Shown: positions 53,467-64,000 of the stretch, piece after piece
Position numbering within the stretch: position 1 is the stretch's first letter
Layout: each line of letters opens with the position of its first letter
From: Desulfatiglandales bacterium
Lineage (GTDB): Bacteria > Desulfobacterota > DSM-4660 > Desulfatiglandales > Desulfatiglandaceae
NCBI GenBank assembly: GCA_963662465.1
Contig: OY759599.1
Coordinates: 256,001 to 320,000, forward strand
Length of the DNA stretch: 64,000 bases
Direction: 5' to 3'
Position numbers and translations under genes: made by a program
Notes under the pieces: model-generated
Seen by the model: only the letters and a program-made list of their open reading frames with translations
What the model was told of the DNA's origin: nothing
The model's database searches: none

Positions 53467-54623
53467 AACGCCTTTGCCATCAACGGAATGGCCACAAACG
53501 CGCCCAATGAACTACCCAGGTTGGTCAATACAACGATCAGCAAAATCCGGGTAATCTTGTTTTTCCAGAAACCCTTGACGGAAACAATGTCTTCCGGCAG
53601 CCGTTCAAAGTCTTTTACCTTTGGTTTAACGAGAAAGACCTGCACCAGACCTGCTACCCAGCCCGCGGCGATCATGGGGTTTAAGGAGGTAACGGGGGAG
53701 GCGATGAATGCGGTCGCTATCGTCAAGGGGTGCGCCAGGGCGCAGGCGGCGCCCAGTCCGGCCAGGACGGCGTTGGCCAAAACCCACCATTTGACCATGT
53801 TCGCGCCGGCATTGGCCCCCGCCATATAGAAACCGAAAACGATCAAGACAATGACCAGTGAAGGAATCCCCCATTTTAAAAATCCCACCCATTTCCCCTT
53901 GGGGGGGATGATTTCAAGGGCCTTGATGTCCACCGGTTCATGCCAGTATCTTTTGATGCCCGGAACATGACCGGCCCCCACCACGGCAACGATTTTCTTT
54001 CCGGGCGCCGTCCTGATTTTGTATGCCAGATATTGATCCCTTTCATCGATGAGTACCCGCTGCAATTCGGGCAGCGTTTTTCCCAGTTCGCTCAACAGGG
54101 ATTCAAGGACATCCTGTTCCTTCAGTTTTTCAATGTCCTCCTTTTCAATGTCGTCCATGTCTCCCATGGAGGTGATCAATTGTATCAGCAATTTCACTTT
54201 CGTCCAGAGCCCCATGAGCCGCCACGTTCGGGACAAGGTGGTGCGGATATCCCTGTCAGCCAGGTGTATGGTCGCTTTTATGTCATTGGCCGCCGCTATG
54301 GCGCGCAACATCTCTTCCCCGGGCTTGATGCCGAGTTTTTTGCCGATTTTTTTCTGAAAGGAGGCCAGCATGAGATTGGAAAGCAGCAGAAACGCTTTTT
54401 TTTCCTTGATAACTTTGATTAAATCGGTTTCTTTCCACCTGTTTTCCTCGGTCATGGCCTGGTATCTTGACGCGCAGAGTTCCACTGCCACGGTGTCCGG
54501 TTTCTCTTCTTCGATCACGCTTGCCACCAAATCGGTACTTTCCCTGGACACGTGGGCGGTCCCGATAAGGATGATTTCCTTATCTTCCATGGTGAGGTGA
54601 TGTTTGTTATGGTCGCTGATCAT
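53463..54623 (-). CDS. TraB/PrgY (pheromone shutdown-like) family protein
   Basis: GTAHVS, VELC, DRDI, ERD and VVGAGH motifs; C-terminal TM segments. Confidence 0.9.
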   Translation of the reverse strand: MISDHNKHHLTMEDKEIILIGTAHVSRESTDLVASVIEEEKPDTVAVELCASRYQAMTEENRWKETDLIKVIKEKKAFLLLSNLMLASFQKKIGKKLGIKPGEEMLRAIAAANDIKATIHLADRDIRTTLSRTWRLMGLWTKVKLLIQLITSMGDMDDIEKEDIEKLKEQDVLESLLSELGKTLPELQRVLIDERDQYLAYKIRTAPGKKIVAVVGAGHVPGIKRYWHEPVDIKALEIIPPKGKWVGFLKWGIPSLVIVLIVFGFYMAGANAGANMVKWWVLANAVLAGLGAACALAHPLTIATAFIASPVTSLNPMIAAGWVAGLVQVFLVKPKVKDFERLPEDIVSVKGFWKNKITRILLIVVLTNLGSSLGAFVAIPLMAKAF

Positions 54624-54782
54624 GAGTATGCCTCAAATGAGATGTGAAACAATGCCTAATAGCACAAATGTTTTCGGTTTCCAAGGGGTTTTGTTTTGAC
54701 TCCGTTCTGTTTTGTCCTTGACCTGACCACCCATCTGTGGTCGAAAAAGGGCGTGGAGGTGGGATAGATTTTTATTTGGTAT

Positions 54783-55979
54783 ATGATAAAGGACAAAGGG
54801 ATGATGGATAAGAAGATGATTTTGGCGGGATGGGTGATTGATGGGACCGGCGGTCCGGTTCGGGAGAATGTGCTTTTGCGACTGGAGAATGGTCTTTTTG
54901 AGGAAATATGGGATTTCCCTGTTGGTTCCGTTGCGTCTTCAGCTTATCTGGATTTATCAGGGCATACGCTTTTGCCGGGGCTGGTAGATGCCCATGTTCA
55001 TCTGTTCATGTCCAGCACGGAGGATCAGAACAGGCGGAAGCAACAGTTAAATGAAGGATTTTATCGGGTGAAAGAGACCATTTCCCGCCACCTGCGGCAA
55101 TTGCTTGCGCATGGTGTATTGGCGGTGAGAGACGGGGGCGACAAAGAGGGGTACGCCCTGCGCTACAAGAAAGAGTGTATGGAAGAGAAAGATTTTTCTT
55201 TTTGTCTTCATGTTGCGGGAATGGCGTGGCATAAACCTGGAAGGTATGGTAGTTTTGTGGGGCGTGCGTTAAAAACCGGCAGCCTTGCCGACGGTATTCG
55301 GAATGATCGTCATACCCTGGATCATGTGAAGATCATTCAGTCCGGGTTGAACAGCTTGACGGCGTTTGGAAAAGAAACGCCCAGCCAGTTCGGTTTGGCG
55401 GCATTGAAAGGCGCTGTGCGTGCAGCCGCTGAAAGGGGCCTCAAAACCATGGTGCATGCTAATGGTGAAATTCCCGTACAAATTGCCCTTGAAGCGGGTT
55501 GCCATTCCATTGAACACGGCTTCTTCATGGGGCAGCGGAATTTAGAGCGTATGGCGGCCGGCCATGTCTTCTGGGTTCCCACTGTCTGCACCATGAAAGG
55601 CTATGCGGCGTATGCCGGCGGCAGCGCCGGGGAACGCCGCATCGCCTTAAGAAACCTGAATCACCAACTGGAGCAGATGGCGATGGCAAGAAAACTGGGC
55701 GTGCCCGTGGCCCTTGGAACGGATGCGGGAAGTATCGGTGTACACCACGGCAGCGCCGTAATTGAAGAGCTGAAACTGTTGATGGAAGCCGGATTCTCAA
55801 TTGAAGAGGCGATAAAATGCGCCTCGCTAAATGGTATGCGACTTTTGGGCCTGGAAAAAAGAGGGTTGATAGCCAAAGGGATGAGAGCGGATTTTGTGGC
55901 GGTAAAGGGTGGGCCGGAGGGTCTGCCGAACAGCCTGAATGACATTTTTCAGATCCATATGGGTGAGCGATTTTTATGA
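54783..55979 (+). CDS. Amidohydrolase family protein
   Basis: PGLVDAHVH, VHA, SIEHG and GTDAG motifs. Confidence 0.88.
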   Translation: MIKDKGMMDKKMILAGWVIDGTGGPVRENVLLRLENGLFEEIWDFPVGSVASSAYLDLSGHTLLPGLVDAHVHLFMSSTEDQNRRKQQLNEGFYRVKETISRHLRQLLAHGVLAVRDGGDKEGYALRYKKECMEEKDFSFCLHVAGMAWHKPGRYGSFVGRALKTGSLADGIRNDRHTLDHVKIIQSGLNSLTAFGKETPSQFGLAALKGAVRAAAERGLKTMVHANGEIPVQIALEAGCHSIEHGFFMGQRNLERMAAGHVFWVPTVCTMKGYAAYAGGSAGERRIALRNLNHQLEQMAMARKLGVPVALGTDAGSIGVHHGSAVIEELKLLMEAGFSIEEAIKCASLNGMRLLGLEKRGLIAKGMRADFVAVKGGPEGLPNSLNDIFQIHMGERFL

Positions 55980-57232
55980 TGCTGCAATTGAAATTGATTC
56001 TGTTTTTGGCAACCTTTTGCTTCGTGGTCCCAATGTTTGCGGGTTGTACGGTTTCCAAGATGCCCCAGGGAATGGAAGCGGTTCTGGTGAGCAGGGAAGA
56101 CCCTATTTTTGACAATAGTTTTGAACAACTTTCCCCGAAAGACATAGACTTGAAAAACATGTGGATGGAAAGGGACGCTTTTGGGCCCAGGGAAAATGTC
56201 GCCATTCACAACAACACCTTTGCGGATATCGCGGAAAGCGCAAAAGACGGGGTCGTCAACATTTACACCCGCAACCTGGAAGAGAAAGAAGCCCGGTTCG
56301 GGATTTCGCCCAATGATATCCTGCCCATTCGAATTCCGCTTCTTTCCTATCTGTTCGATATCATTCCCTTCAAAGTTCCCATTCCCTATAGAAGCGAGGG
56401 ATTCAGCCTCGGTTCCGGATTTATCATTAACGAACAGGGATATATTCTCACAAACGCCCATGTCATCCATAACGCAACGGATATTCGCGTGGTCCTTTCG
56501 GAAGGGAAAAAGGAATATCCCGCCAAAATAGTGGGCGCCGATAGAATTACCGATACGGCGCTCATCAGGATCGAACCGGATCACCTGTTGACGGTCCTTC
56601 CCCTGGGTAACTCGGATCGTTTGAGGATCGGCGAGATGGTGTTGGCCATCGGAAATCCATTGGGGCTGCGGCATTCCGTGACGTCGGGGATCGTGAGTGC
56701 AACGGAGCGGATCTCTCCCGGTCTCAATGAAAAACTGGTGGATTTTATTCAAACGGATTCCGCCATCAACCCCGGGAACAGCGGCGGACCATTGGTGAAT
56801 CTTCATGGCGAAGTGGTGGGCATCAATACGGCGGTGATCAGTGAGGCGCAGTCCATCGGGTTTGCCATCCCTATCAACACTGTGAAAAAAGTGATGCCCC
56901 TGCTGGTTTTGGGAAAGACGGAACGGGGCTGGCTGGGGATCCAGGCGATTCCCCTTCTGCCGGGAAAGGCCTTCGAATTGAAATATCCCGATGAGGGAGG
57001 CATTCAGGTGGTGGTGGTTGAAAAGGACAGTCCCGCGGAGGCGTCAGGCGTTAAACCCAATGACATCATTATGAGCTTAAACGGTCAACCCGTGGGGCGC
57101 TTTATTATGCTCAGACGGGAATTACTGGGGTTGAGTCCCGGCGCCGAACTGACCCTGACGATCTTCAGGGGAGGGACTATCCGGGAGATTAAGAGTGTTT
57201 TGGGAAAGAAGGCAACCGATAAGGAAAAATGA
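55976..57232 (+). CDS. HtrA/DegQ-like serine protease with PDZ domain (probable lipoprotein)
   Basis: GSGFII, TNAHV and INPGNSGGP motifs; FAGC lipobox-like sequence. Confidence 0.92.
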   Translation: MMLQLKLILFLATFCFVVPMFAGCTVSKMPQGMEAVLVSREDPIFDNSFEQLSPKDIDLKNMWMERDAFGPRENVAIHNNTFADIAESAKDGVVNIYTRNLEEKEARFGISPNDILPIRIPLLSYLFDIIPFKVPIPYRSEGFSLGSGFIINEQGYILTNAHVIHNATDIRVVLSEGKKEYPAKIVGADRITDTALIRIEPDHLLTVLPLGNSDRLRIGEMVLAIGNPLGLRHSVTSGIVSATERISPGLNEKLVDFIQTDSAINPGNSGGPLVNLHGEVVGINTAVISEAQSIGFAIPINTVKKVMPLLVLGKTERGWLGIQAIPLLPGKAFELKYPDEGGIQVVVVEKDSPAEASGVKPNDIIMSLNGQPVGRFIMLRRELLGLSPGAELTLTIFRGGTIREIKSVLGKKATDKEK

Positions 57233-57287
57233 TTTGGCTTGAGGCTGAAAACCTTCGCGGGTTTATGCTTAAGCTTTTCAAACATCT

Positions 57288-57749
57288 TTACGTTGATCCA
57301 CCCAATTCCAAATATCTCTTGCTGTATGTTTGAATGCCCTCGACAGCATTCATCAGGGGCGGCGACAACGCTAAAACCCGTTCGAAAATTTCCAGAATGG
57401 TTTGTCGCTTGTATTCATGCGCAATTTCGTTTCGAACCATGCGGATATCAACAAAATCATCGGCTGATTCAATAATACCCCGTTTTTCCGCACGATTGAT
57501 GCGGTCCCGTACAGTTCCCCGGTCATCCAGATCCAAGGCATCGAGTGTCCTGAAAACCTTCTGGATCATGATATCGCTCAACCTGGCGAAACGAGCCGTG
57601 AGCGCCTCAAAACGTTCCATTGTCTCGTTATCCAGACCGTCTTTCACGGAGAGCCGACGGCAACGGTCATAAGAAAAACGGAGTGCGTCTCGTGCCTTTC
57701 CAAGGTCATCCATTTCGTTTGCCAGGAGTTCTGTCAAAACATTACTCAC
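57288..57749 (-). CDS. HEPN-like protein (MNT partner)
   Basis: RNEIAH (Rx4H); overlaps the MNT gene. Confidence 0.75.
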   Translation of the reverse strand: MSNVLTELLANEMDDLGKARDALRFSYDRCRRLSVKDGLDNETMERFEALTARFARLSDIMIQKVFRTLDALDLDDRGTVRDRINRAEKRGIIESADDFVDIRMVRNEIAHEYKRQTILEIFERVLALSPPLMNAVEGIQTYSKRYLELGGST

Positions 57750-58027
57750 AATAGGACCCCTTCATGCAAGGCGATTTTTACGAATGGATCCGTTGTGTCG
57801 CGGCCAATGACCAGGTGGATTGACTGGTCTTCGAGTGATTGGAAAATCCGGGCCTTGATTTTCAGTTTGTCGGCGAATGTCAGGCGCTGCGACAAGGCCA
57901 AAATGTCGATATCTCCTCCTTTTTTATTATCGTCTGTTCGAGAGCCGAATAGATAGACCTTAGCGTCCGGGTCTCGTTCTTTCACCGATTCTTTGAGGAT
58001 TTTTCTCTCGTTTTCTTTAATACGCAT
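57746..58027 (-). CDS. Minimal nucleotidyltransferase (MNT)
   Basis: LFGSRTDDNKKGGDIDI. Confidence 0.85.
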   Translation of the reverse strand: MRIKENERKILKESVKERDPDAKVYLFGSRTDDNKKGGDIDILALSQRLTFADKLKIKARIFQSLEDQSIHLVIGRDTTDPFVKIALHEGVLL

Positions 58028-58216
58028 GGAAAAATTACGCTGATTTAGGTTAAAAGATAACAAATTCTAAGTGAAATTCATGGGATATGTCAATCTAAAA
58101 ACGCAAAATCACTTTGCATTTCGGCAGGCTTGATGATACGCTCACGCATATCTCTTGCCAAATAATAACTGCCTATGGGAGAACTGAAAATGGAAAGCGG
58201 GAAAGGAAAGCTGCTA

Positions 58217-59390
58217 TGATACCGGATTTCTTTGAGTTTTACAACCCGACAAAAGTGGTATACAGCCCTGGCATTGCTTCGGATTTCAAGGCCGAACTCG
58301 ACCTTTTGGGGGCATCAAAGTACTTCATTGTATCCGACAAGGTCATCAGCGATAATGGTCTTGTGCAAAGGGTGGTGGATGGGCTTGAATCCACCGGCAT
58401 CGAGATTACCGGGGTGTTTCTGGATGTGCCTCCTAATTCCGAGGTAAAGGCAGTCAATGCATGCGCTGAACAGGCTAAGATTTCGGGTGCTGAAGGCCTG
58501 GTAGCTGTAGGGGGGGAAGCGTTATTGATACGGCCAAGGCTGCTAACATCCTGATCTGCGAGGGCGGCGATCTTGTAGAGGATTACTCCGGCGCCCAGAC
58601 CTTGACAAAACCGCTGAACCCTTTGGTTGCAATACCAACTACTGCCGGTACAGGCAGCGAAGTAACCATGGTAGCGGTTATCTATGATGAGGAAAATAGC
58701 GTTAAGATGGCTTTTACCGATAAATTCCTCCTTCCCAATTTGGCTGTACTCGATCCTGAAATGACGATTTCAATGACGCCAAGGCTTACGGCATCGACGG
58801 CCATGGACGCGATGACCCATGCTGTGGAGGCATATGTGGGCTTGCAATGGTCGCCTGTTTCAGATGCCCTGGCATCAGGCGCCATCGAACTTATCTGTGG
58901 AAATATTGTGCAGGCCACCCGGAATGGGAGCGACATCGCGGCTCGTGGGAGTCTGTTGGTGGCTTCGACCATGGCCGGCATTGCCTTTTCCCACTCGATG
59001 GTGGGATGCGTGCATGGCATGGCCCATGCGGTTGGAGGGCTCTGTCAGGTGCCCCACGGGATTGCCAACGCGATACTCCTGCCCCATGGTCTGGAATACA
59101 ACTTTGAGGAAATCATGGAAAAATTGGCCAAGCTTGCGTCTATCATGGGTGAAGACGTATCCGGGCTATCACCAAATGATCGGGCCAGGAAGGCCATCGA
59201 ATCAGTGAGGAAACTGACTGGAAAGCTGAACGAGATGGGCGCTTTGCCCTTAAGATTGAGAGAAGTGGGCGTTCCCGAGGAACGGCTGTATGAAATTGCC
59301 GAGGCAGCGGTTATGGATGGCACCAGCTTTTATAATCCGCGAGAGGTAGTTGCCGATCAGATATTGGTGCATCTAAAGAATGCATATTAA
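58217..59390 (+). pseudogene. Iron-containing alcohol dehydrogenase, frameshifted at a G7 tract (58510-58516)
   Basis: One extra G restores VAVGGGSVIDTAK; IPTTAGTGSE, DAMTHAVE and HGMAH..PHG motifs. Confidence 0.88.
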
Positions 59391-59419
59391 ACATTATTGA
59401 CAGGAATGGGGGAAAATGG

Positions 59420-59833
59420 ATGGGATTTTTTAAAAGCGCTGAGGAATTTGAAGAAATGCTGGGTGGTTTTTTCAAGCAGGTCGTTGACGTACCGGTGATT
59501 GGCGATAAGCTGCTTGCTTCAAAATTAATTATCAGATTTAGCTACAGTGATCCGGATGTGGTATTATTGATTGACTGCTCAGGGGACGAGGTTGAAGTAA
59601 GGGCTGGAGACGCCGATACCAAGGCTGATGTCAATATGTCCATGAGTGCGGACATTGCTCACAAGTTCTGGTTCGGGAAGGTGAATTTGATGGCGGCTCT
59701 GACCCGGAAGCAGATGGTGGCAAAGGGGCCAATACCAAAAATATTGAAGCTTTTGCCCGCAATAAAACCTTCCTATGCCATGTATCCCAAGTATCTCGAT
59801 GACAACGGCTATGGGCAGTATAATATTTATTAG
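59420..59833 (+). CDS. SCP2 sterol/lipid-binding domain protein
   Basis: ADVNMSMSADIAHKFWFGKVNLMAALTRKQMVAKG. Confidence 0.75.
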   Translation: MGFFKSAEEFEEMLGGFFKQVVDVPVIGDKLLASKLIIRFSYSDPDVVLLIDCSGDEVEVRAGDADTKADVNMSMSADIAHKFWFGKVNLMAALTRKQMVAKGPIPKILKLLPAIKPSYAMYPKYLDDNGYGQYNIY

Positions 59834-59916
59834 TTGCCGTTCATGACTTCAGAGGCTCAGGGTTTTTTGAGTTTTATGATGAGGCGTGAAGCGCAACTGC
59901 TTAGGAGGTATTCAGT

Positions 59917-61824
59917 ATGGGCGGTTATGCAGGGAGCATTCTTTACGTCGATCTGACATTTGGGAATATCGAGACAAGGCCCTTGGATTTGGAATTTGCC
60001 AGGGAATACATTGGCGGCCTGGGCTTTGGGACCAAAATCTATTTTGATCTCATAAAAGAGAAACCTGACTTTGACCCCCTTTCCGCGGACAACCCCTTTG
60101 TGTTGATGACCGGACCTTTAACCGGTATGAGAACCAATGCTGTCGCCAGGTGGACTGTTGGTGCAAGATCCCCCCTCACCGGATTTTGGGGCGATTGCAA
60201 TATCGGTGGTTTTTTCGGAGCGCAACTGAAATTCGCGGGCTATGACGGTATCGTGATTACCGGTGCGGCGAGCAGCCCCGCCTATATATACATCGAAGAC
60301 GCAAAGGTCGAGATAAGGGATGCACGGAAATACTGGGGAAAGGATGTTTACACTGTTAACGATGAGATGATCGCAGATCATAAAACGGTGTCTAAAAAGT
60401 CAGGCCAGGTCTTTGCAATAGGCCCTGCCGGCGAGAATCTTGTGAGATTTGCATCCATTATTAACGATAAGGGACATGTGGCCGGACGTACTGGGTTAGG
60501 CGCCGTATGGGGTGCAAAGAAACTCAAGGCCATTTTTGTCAGGGGAACCGGAAAACTCGGTGTAGAATATCCTGACAGGTTTGATAGCCTACGTTCAGAG
60601 CTCAAGGAACTTTATGACGGGAATATTACCACTGAAGGATTGCATGCCTTTGGGACTGCCTCACATATGGATATCGGCATTATATCCGGCGACATCCCCA
60701 TGAAGAACTGGCAGATGAGCGATTGGGAGCTGCTTGATGAAATCGGACCCATAGCCTATGAAGAAAAGATCCTGGCCGGTAGCGGTACGTGCTATGCGTG
60801 TGGGGTAACGTGTAAGAGAGAAGCGGAGGTGAAGAATGGAGAATTTAAATTTACAAAAGGACCCGGTCCCGAATATGAAACCATCGCTACCTTTGGGACT
60901 ATGTGCCTGAATGCCAGTCTGGAATCTATTGGTAAGGCGAACGATATTTGCAATCGCTACGGTATGGATACCATGACGTGCGGTGCGACCATTGCCTTTG
61001 CCATAGAGTGCTATGAGAACGGTTTGATAAATGAAAAAGATACTGACGGTCTGAAGCTTACGTGGGGTAATTCAGCGGCTATCGTTGCCATTGTGGAAAA
61101 GATAGGAAAGAGAGAAGGGATTGGCTCGATCCTGTCTGAGGGAAGCGCCAAAGCAGCAGAACAGATTGGCGGCAACGCCAGGGACTTCCTGACCACGGTT
61201 AAGGGTCTTGAAGCTCCCATGCATGATCCCAGGGCAGCACACAGCTACGGCCTGGCTTATGCCGTTTCGCCGAGGGGGGCATGTCACGTGGCCAGCCTCG
61301 TTTATCCGGTCGAAGGCCTTGGTATGTATTTACCTGAGATTCCGGAATTAGCAGATGAAATAACCGGAATGAACAGTGAGGGAAAGGCCAAGTTAAATAT
61401 CGCCTATCAGGATTATGGAATGTTTTTTTCCCACTGTGCAGGGTTCTGTAGTTTGGGTGCGGCAATCCTGAATGCGACCCAGGCCGTGGACATGGTAAGA
61501 CACGTGACAGGCTTTGACTACACCCTTGAAGAGGTGATGCAATTAGGGCGGAGGATCTGGTACATGAAGCGGGGTTTGTCTAATCTCTTCGGGGCTAGAG
61601 CAGGGCACGATGTTTTACCAAAGAGACTCATGACGATCATGGATACGGGCCCGACAGAGGGGAGCATCCCTGATATGGATTTGATGTTGAAGGAGTTCTA
61701 TGCGCTAAGGCGCCTTAATGAAGACGGGGTGCCGGAAAGGGTTGTACTTGAAGGGCTTGGATTAACAGAATTGGCGGTGCTTCTTTACAACAGAGTGTAT
61801 CAGGAAAAGACAAACGGAAAATAA
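59917..61824 (+). CDS. Aldehyde:ferredoxin oxidoreductase family protein
   Basis: SPLTG, LKFAGYD, GRTGLGAVWGAKKLKA, CYAC...C, EYET, CNRYGMD and HDPR motifs. Confidence 0.93.
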   Translation: MGGYAGSILYVDLTFGNIETRPLDLEFAREYIGGLGFGTKIYFDLIKEKPDFDPLSADNPFVLMTGPLTGMRTNAVARWTVGARSPLTGFWGDCNIGGFFGAQLKFAGYDGIVITGAASSPAYIYIEDAKVEIRDARKYWGKDVYTVNDEMIADHKTVSKKSGQVFAIGPAGENLVRFASIINDKGHVAGRTGLGAVWGAKKLKAIFVRGTGKLGVEYPDRFDSLRSELKELYDGNITTEGLHAFGTASHMDIGIISGDIPMKNWQMSDWELLDEIGPIAYEEKILAGSGTCYACGVTCKREAEVKNGEFKFTKGPGPEYETIATFGTMCLNASLESIGKANDICNRYGMDTMTCGATIAFAIECYENGLINEKDTDGLKLTWGNSAAIVAIVEKIGKREGIGSILSEGSAKAAEQIGGNARDFLTTVKGLEAPMHDPRAAHSYGLAYAVSPRGACHVASLVYPVEGLGMYLPEIPELADEITGMNSEGKAKLNIAYQDYGMFFSHCAGFCSLGAAILNATQAVDMVRHVTGFDYTLEEVMQLGRRIWYMKRGLSNLFGARAGHDVLPKRLMTIMDTGPTEGSIPDMDLMLKEFYALRRLNEDGVPERVVLEGLGLTELAVLLYNRVYQEKTNGK

Positions 61825-61840
61825 AGATGTGGAGGTTGGG

Positions 61841-61999
61841 ATGAAGTGGAGAGCGGTATGTTTGGGAATGGGTATGCTGTTGCTGCTGGTGAGCATGAGC
61901 CTTTCAGCGTGTGTTGATAAGTCCAAATGGCGCGCCAAGGACCATGGGGGTCCACCGAACTGGGAGGAAGATTTCGGCAGACCCAATTATGATTGGTGA
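61841..61999 (+). CDS. Small predicted lipoprotein (52 aa)
   Basis: Translated by hand: MKWRAVCLGMGMLLLLVSMSLSACVDK...; GGAGG RBS; LSAC lipobox. Confidence 0.6.
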   Translation: MKWRAVCLGMGMLLLLVSMSLSACVDKSKWRAKDHGGPPNWEEDFGRPNYDW

Positions 62000-62048
62000 T
62001 GGGTTTTGTGAAAAACCGATGGCCGGTCTGAATGAATTTGGAGTTTAA

Positions 62049-63068
62049 TTGCCCGTGAACCAGGAATCTCTCATATTGATTCTGGAGGCCATGGCCATAT
62101 ATTTTTTGGTCTTATGGTCTCATTCGTTGCGCCATCGGTTTGGCCTGGCCCATTTTTATGCCCTCATCGGGGGGCTTACGGCCATCATGAGCTGGATTAC
62201 CGATGCCGGCGTTAAGGTGGAGGTTATGGGCGTTACCTTCATGGTCGGGTCCACCGTTTTTTACACATCTTTGCTGTTAAGCGCTTTTGTGGTGTATGTG
62301 TTTGATGGTCCCAGGGCCACGCGGATTGCCATTTCCACCATTGTGGGCGTATCCATCTTTGTTCCCCTCATTGCACTGGCATTGCATTTTCAGATGAATA
62401 TCACCCACCCGGCGCCCATGGGATATGTGCCGATCCCCAGTTTGAGAATCAACGCCGCTTCCGTGACGGCCACCCTGGTGGATTTGCTATTCCTGGCCAT
62501 TTCCTGGGAATTCCTGGGTCATGGGCCGTTGAAGCTTTGCCTTTGGCTTCGGGTTTTTATCACGTTGCTGGGTGTTATGTGGCTGGATGTGGTCCTTTTT
62601 GCTACGGGCGCTTTTGCTCCGGGACCGGAATATATTAGTATTATCAAAGGATCGCTTTTGAGCCGTTTGATCATTTCCATCTTTGCCTGTCCCTTTTTAT
62701 ATGTCTATTTTAAATGGCAGAACGTCAAAAAAGGGATGAGAATCGAAAACCGTCCCATATTGGCCATTCTAAAACAGGTAGCGGAAATCAAAAAAGAGTT
62801 GACACTGGCCCAGGCGGAGATTGAGCGAAGGAAGGCATTGGAGCGGGAGCGAGAGAAATTGATTGCCGAACTTCAGCAAGCCTTGTCGGAAATCAAAACC
62901 CTTCAGGGTTTTTTGCCGATCTGCGCCAGCTGTAAAAAAATTCGCGATGATGAAGGGTATTGGCAACAGATCGAACAATATATCCAGGACCGATCCGATG
63001 CCAAATTCAGCCACAGCATCTGTCCCGAATGTGCGAAAAAATTGTATCCCGATCTTGACCTGTTCTAG
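62049..63068 (+). CDS. Multi-TM protein with a coiled coil and C-terminal Cys/His domain
   Basis: About 7 TM segments; LPICASCKKIRDDEGYW...FSHSICPEC. Confidence 0.75.
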   Translation: MPVNQESLILILEAMAIYFLVLWSHSLRHRFGLAHFYALIGGLTAIMSWITDAGVKVEVMGVTFMVGSTVFYTSLLLSAFVVYVFDGPRATRIAISTIVGVSIFVPLIALALHFQMNITHPAPMGYVPIPSLRINAASVTATLVDLLFLAISWEFLGHGPLKLCLWLRVFITLLGVMWLDVVLFATGAFAPGPEYISIIKGSLLSRLIISIFACPFLYVYFKWQNVKKGMRIENRPILAILKQVAEIKKELTLAQAEIERRKALEREREKLIAELQQALSEIKTLQGFLPICASCKKIRDDEGYWQQIEQYIQDRSDAKFSHSICPECAKKLYPDLDLF

Positions 63069-63206
63069 TTGTTTTGGGCGGAACCGGGCCAATTGTAATT
63101 GTTAACTTATTTGATGCTTTCAACGATTGTTTTTTTAAGGTTCTCATTATTTGAAATGCAGAAACAATATAAGTAATGTATTAAAAAAATAACATTCAAA
63201 TATTGA

Positions 63207-64000
<794 letters not shown>

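Overview
64-kb bacterial window; the gene repertoire (AOR, CysM-CysRS fusion, C-terminal CxxC/HxxCxxC domains) suggests an anaerobic Desulfobacterota-like host, which is an inference. The left ~43 kb is a heavily layered accessory region. It holds IS remnants, a CheA-REC/CheR-TPR chemosensory operon, cfa, and an integron cassette array on the minus strand (4 attC sites, no integrase visible). Two lineages of group II intron invade those attC sites at opposite ends. Within the array lies an extended recombinase-in-trio (RIT)-like element. A second RIT has inserted exactly into the HSLRH catalytic motif of one of its recombinases, and a 293-bp gene-less RIT-like mini-element has inserted into the GTPQGG motif of the intron reverse transcriptase. 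Both targeted insertions share one junction geometry: 6-bp target core, 20-bp perfect palindrome, inverted core, element, core. The right ~21 kb is mostly housekeeping or metabolic: a cysteine synthase fused to a CysRS lacking HIGH and KMSKS, epimerases, groES/groEL, TraB, amidohydrolase, HtrA, an MNT-HEPN pair, an ADH-SCP2-AOR operon, and the start of dnaK. All calls were made by eye; no database searches were run.
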